Assembly: GCA_005223125.1 (NCBI GenBank)
Contig: NJBH01000002.1
Coordinates: forward strand, 96,001 to 160,000
Origin: Promethearchaeota archaeon Loki_b32
Lineage (GTDB): Archaea; Asgardarchaeota; Lokiarchaeia; Sigyniarchaeales; SOKP01
DNA: 64,000 nt
Direction: 5' to 3'
Position numbers and translations under genes: made by a program. The notes beneath the pieces were generated by a model that did not search any database, was not told where the DNA came from, and worked only from the letters and a program-made list of their open reading frames with translations. Positions 63,245 to 64,000 of this stretch are shown here, in pieces. Each line of letters begins with the position of its first letter. Position 1 is the first letter of the stretch.

Positions 63245-63451
63245 ATGACAGTTTATAAAAGTATTCAGTTAGTTGGTACTAGTGATAAGAATTGGGCAGA
63301 TGCGGTTAGGAATTGTTACGAAGAGGCCAAGAAGTCTTTACGCGGTATTAGAAATATCCAGATCCTCGAATCTGATGTAAAAATAAAGGAAGATATTGAC
63401 AAAATGATATACAGAGTTCGTGTACAAGTAAACTTCCAATTAGAAAGATAA
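63245..63451 (+). CDS. Dodecin (flavin-binding)
   Basis: VYKSIQLVGTS..WADAV..A.KSLRGI...YRVRVQVNF. Confidence 0.9.
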   Translation: MTVYKSIQLVGTSDKNWADAVRNCYEEAKKSLRGIRNIQILESDVKIKEDIDKMIYRVRVQVNFQLER

Positions 63452-63601
63452 AAGTTTAATTTCTTTTTTATTTTTTTTTCTTTTTTAAAATTTAAGACAT
63501 ATAATCTAATACTTTATTGATGAATAAAATAAAGTTAAACCTCAAATTTTAAATATGATGAATTCTATTCAGATTTTAATAATTTCAAGAAAGGGGTAAT
63601 A

Positions 63602-63730
63602 ATGTTTCAGTCAATTGATATCTTAGATATCTTTTCAGATCCAACAGTCATGAGATATATTATCGGGGGTATAATAATATTAGTAGTTGTTATCATCTGC
63701 TATTCTATCCATAGGAAATTAACGTCATAA
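63602..63730 (+). CDS. Small single-pass membrane protein (42 aa, absent from ORF track)
   Basis: MFQSIDILDIFSDPTVMRYIIGVIIILVVVIICYSIHRKLTS* preceded by GGGGT. Confidence 0.55.
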   Translation: MFQSIDILDIFSDPTVMRYIIGGIIILVVVIICYSIHRKLTS

Positions 63731-63739
63731 GAAAAAAAA

Positions 63740-64000
63740 TTATTTTTGTCTTAAATCATCCAATTTTTTTCTGATTTGGGATCGCGCTGTTAATGCATAG
63801 GTAAAATTTGAGTCAATTTCTAAGGCTTTTTCATAGAGATTTAAAGCTTCTTCATATTGTTCCATATCTTCATAAAGTAATCCTAAATTATAGAGACAAT
63901 ATTTATAATCAGGTTTAATTTCTAATGCCTTTTTGAAAGATTTCTTAGCATTTTCCATCTGACCTAAATTGAAATAAGCAATACCTAAATTATAATGTGC
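63740..64000 (-). CDS. TPR protein (5' partial)
   Basis: AHYNLGIAY...KKALEIKPD...YNLGLLY; frame open to the window end. Confidence 0.85.
   Translation of the reverse strand, partial: AHYNLGIAYFNLGQMENAKKSFKKALEIKPDYKYCLYNLGLLYEDMEQYEEALNLYEKALEIDSNFTYALTARSQIRKKLDDLRQK

Overview
AT-rich archaeal chromosomal DNA, most likely Lokiarchaeia/Asgard (inferred from longin/uDENN-like proteins, two small GTPases, PAC2, a DUF2070 protein and beta-helix surface proteins). Housekeeping regions (1-15.5 kb and about 53.8-64 kb) flank a roughly 35 kb defence island (about 15.6-50.4 kb). The island has a broken tyrosine-integrase remnant near its left end and tRNA-Ala(GGC) at its right end. Its core is a 20.8 kb minus-strand run of 14 genes: PD-(D/E)XK nuclease-APAZ, catalytically inactive short prokaryotic Argonaute, NurA, HerA, Mre11, Rad50, Wadjet-like JetA-JetB-JetC(SMC)-JetD(Toprim), a TPR protein, a GHKL ATPase-HEXXH protein, a conserved hypothetical protein and an HEXXH peptidase. 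A nucleic-acid-guided sensor, a complete double-strand-break resection module and an SMC anti-plasmid module in one cluster is the best candidate for an undescribed system. The island also holds HEPN, DprA+PRTase (ShosTA-like), Schlafen/AlbA_2, toxin-antitoxin and small nuclease genes, plus several pseudogenes. Outside it are a free-standing LAGLIDADG endonuclease, a HerA/FtsK-like ATPase fused to a dsRNA-binding domain, and a membrane subtilase resembling eukaryotic site-1 protease. All calls come from reading motifs by eye; no searches were run.
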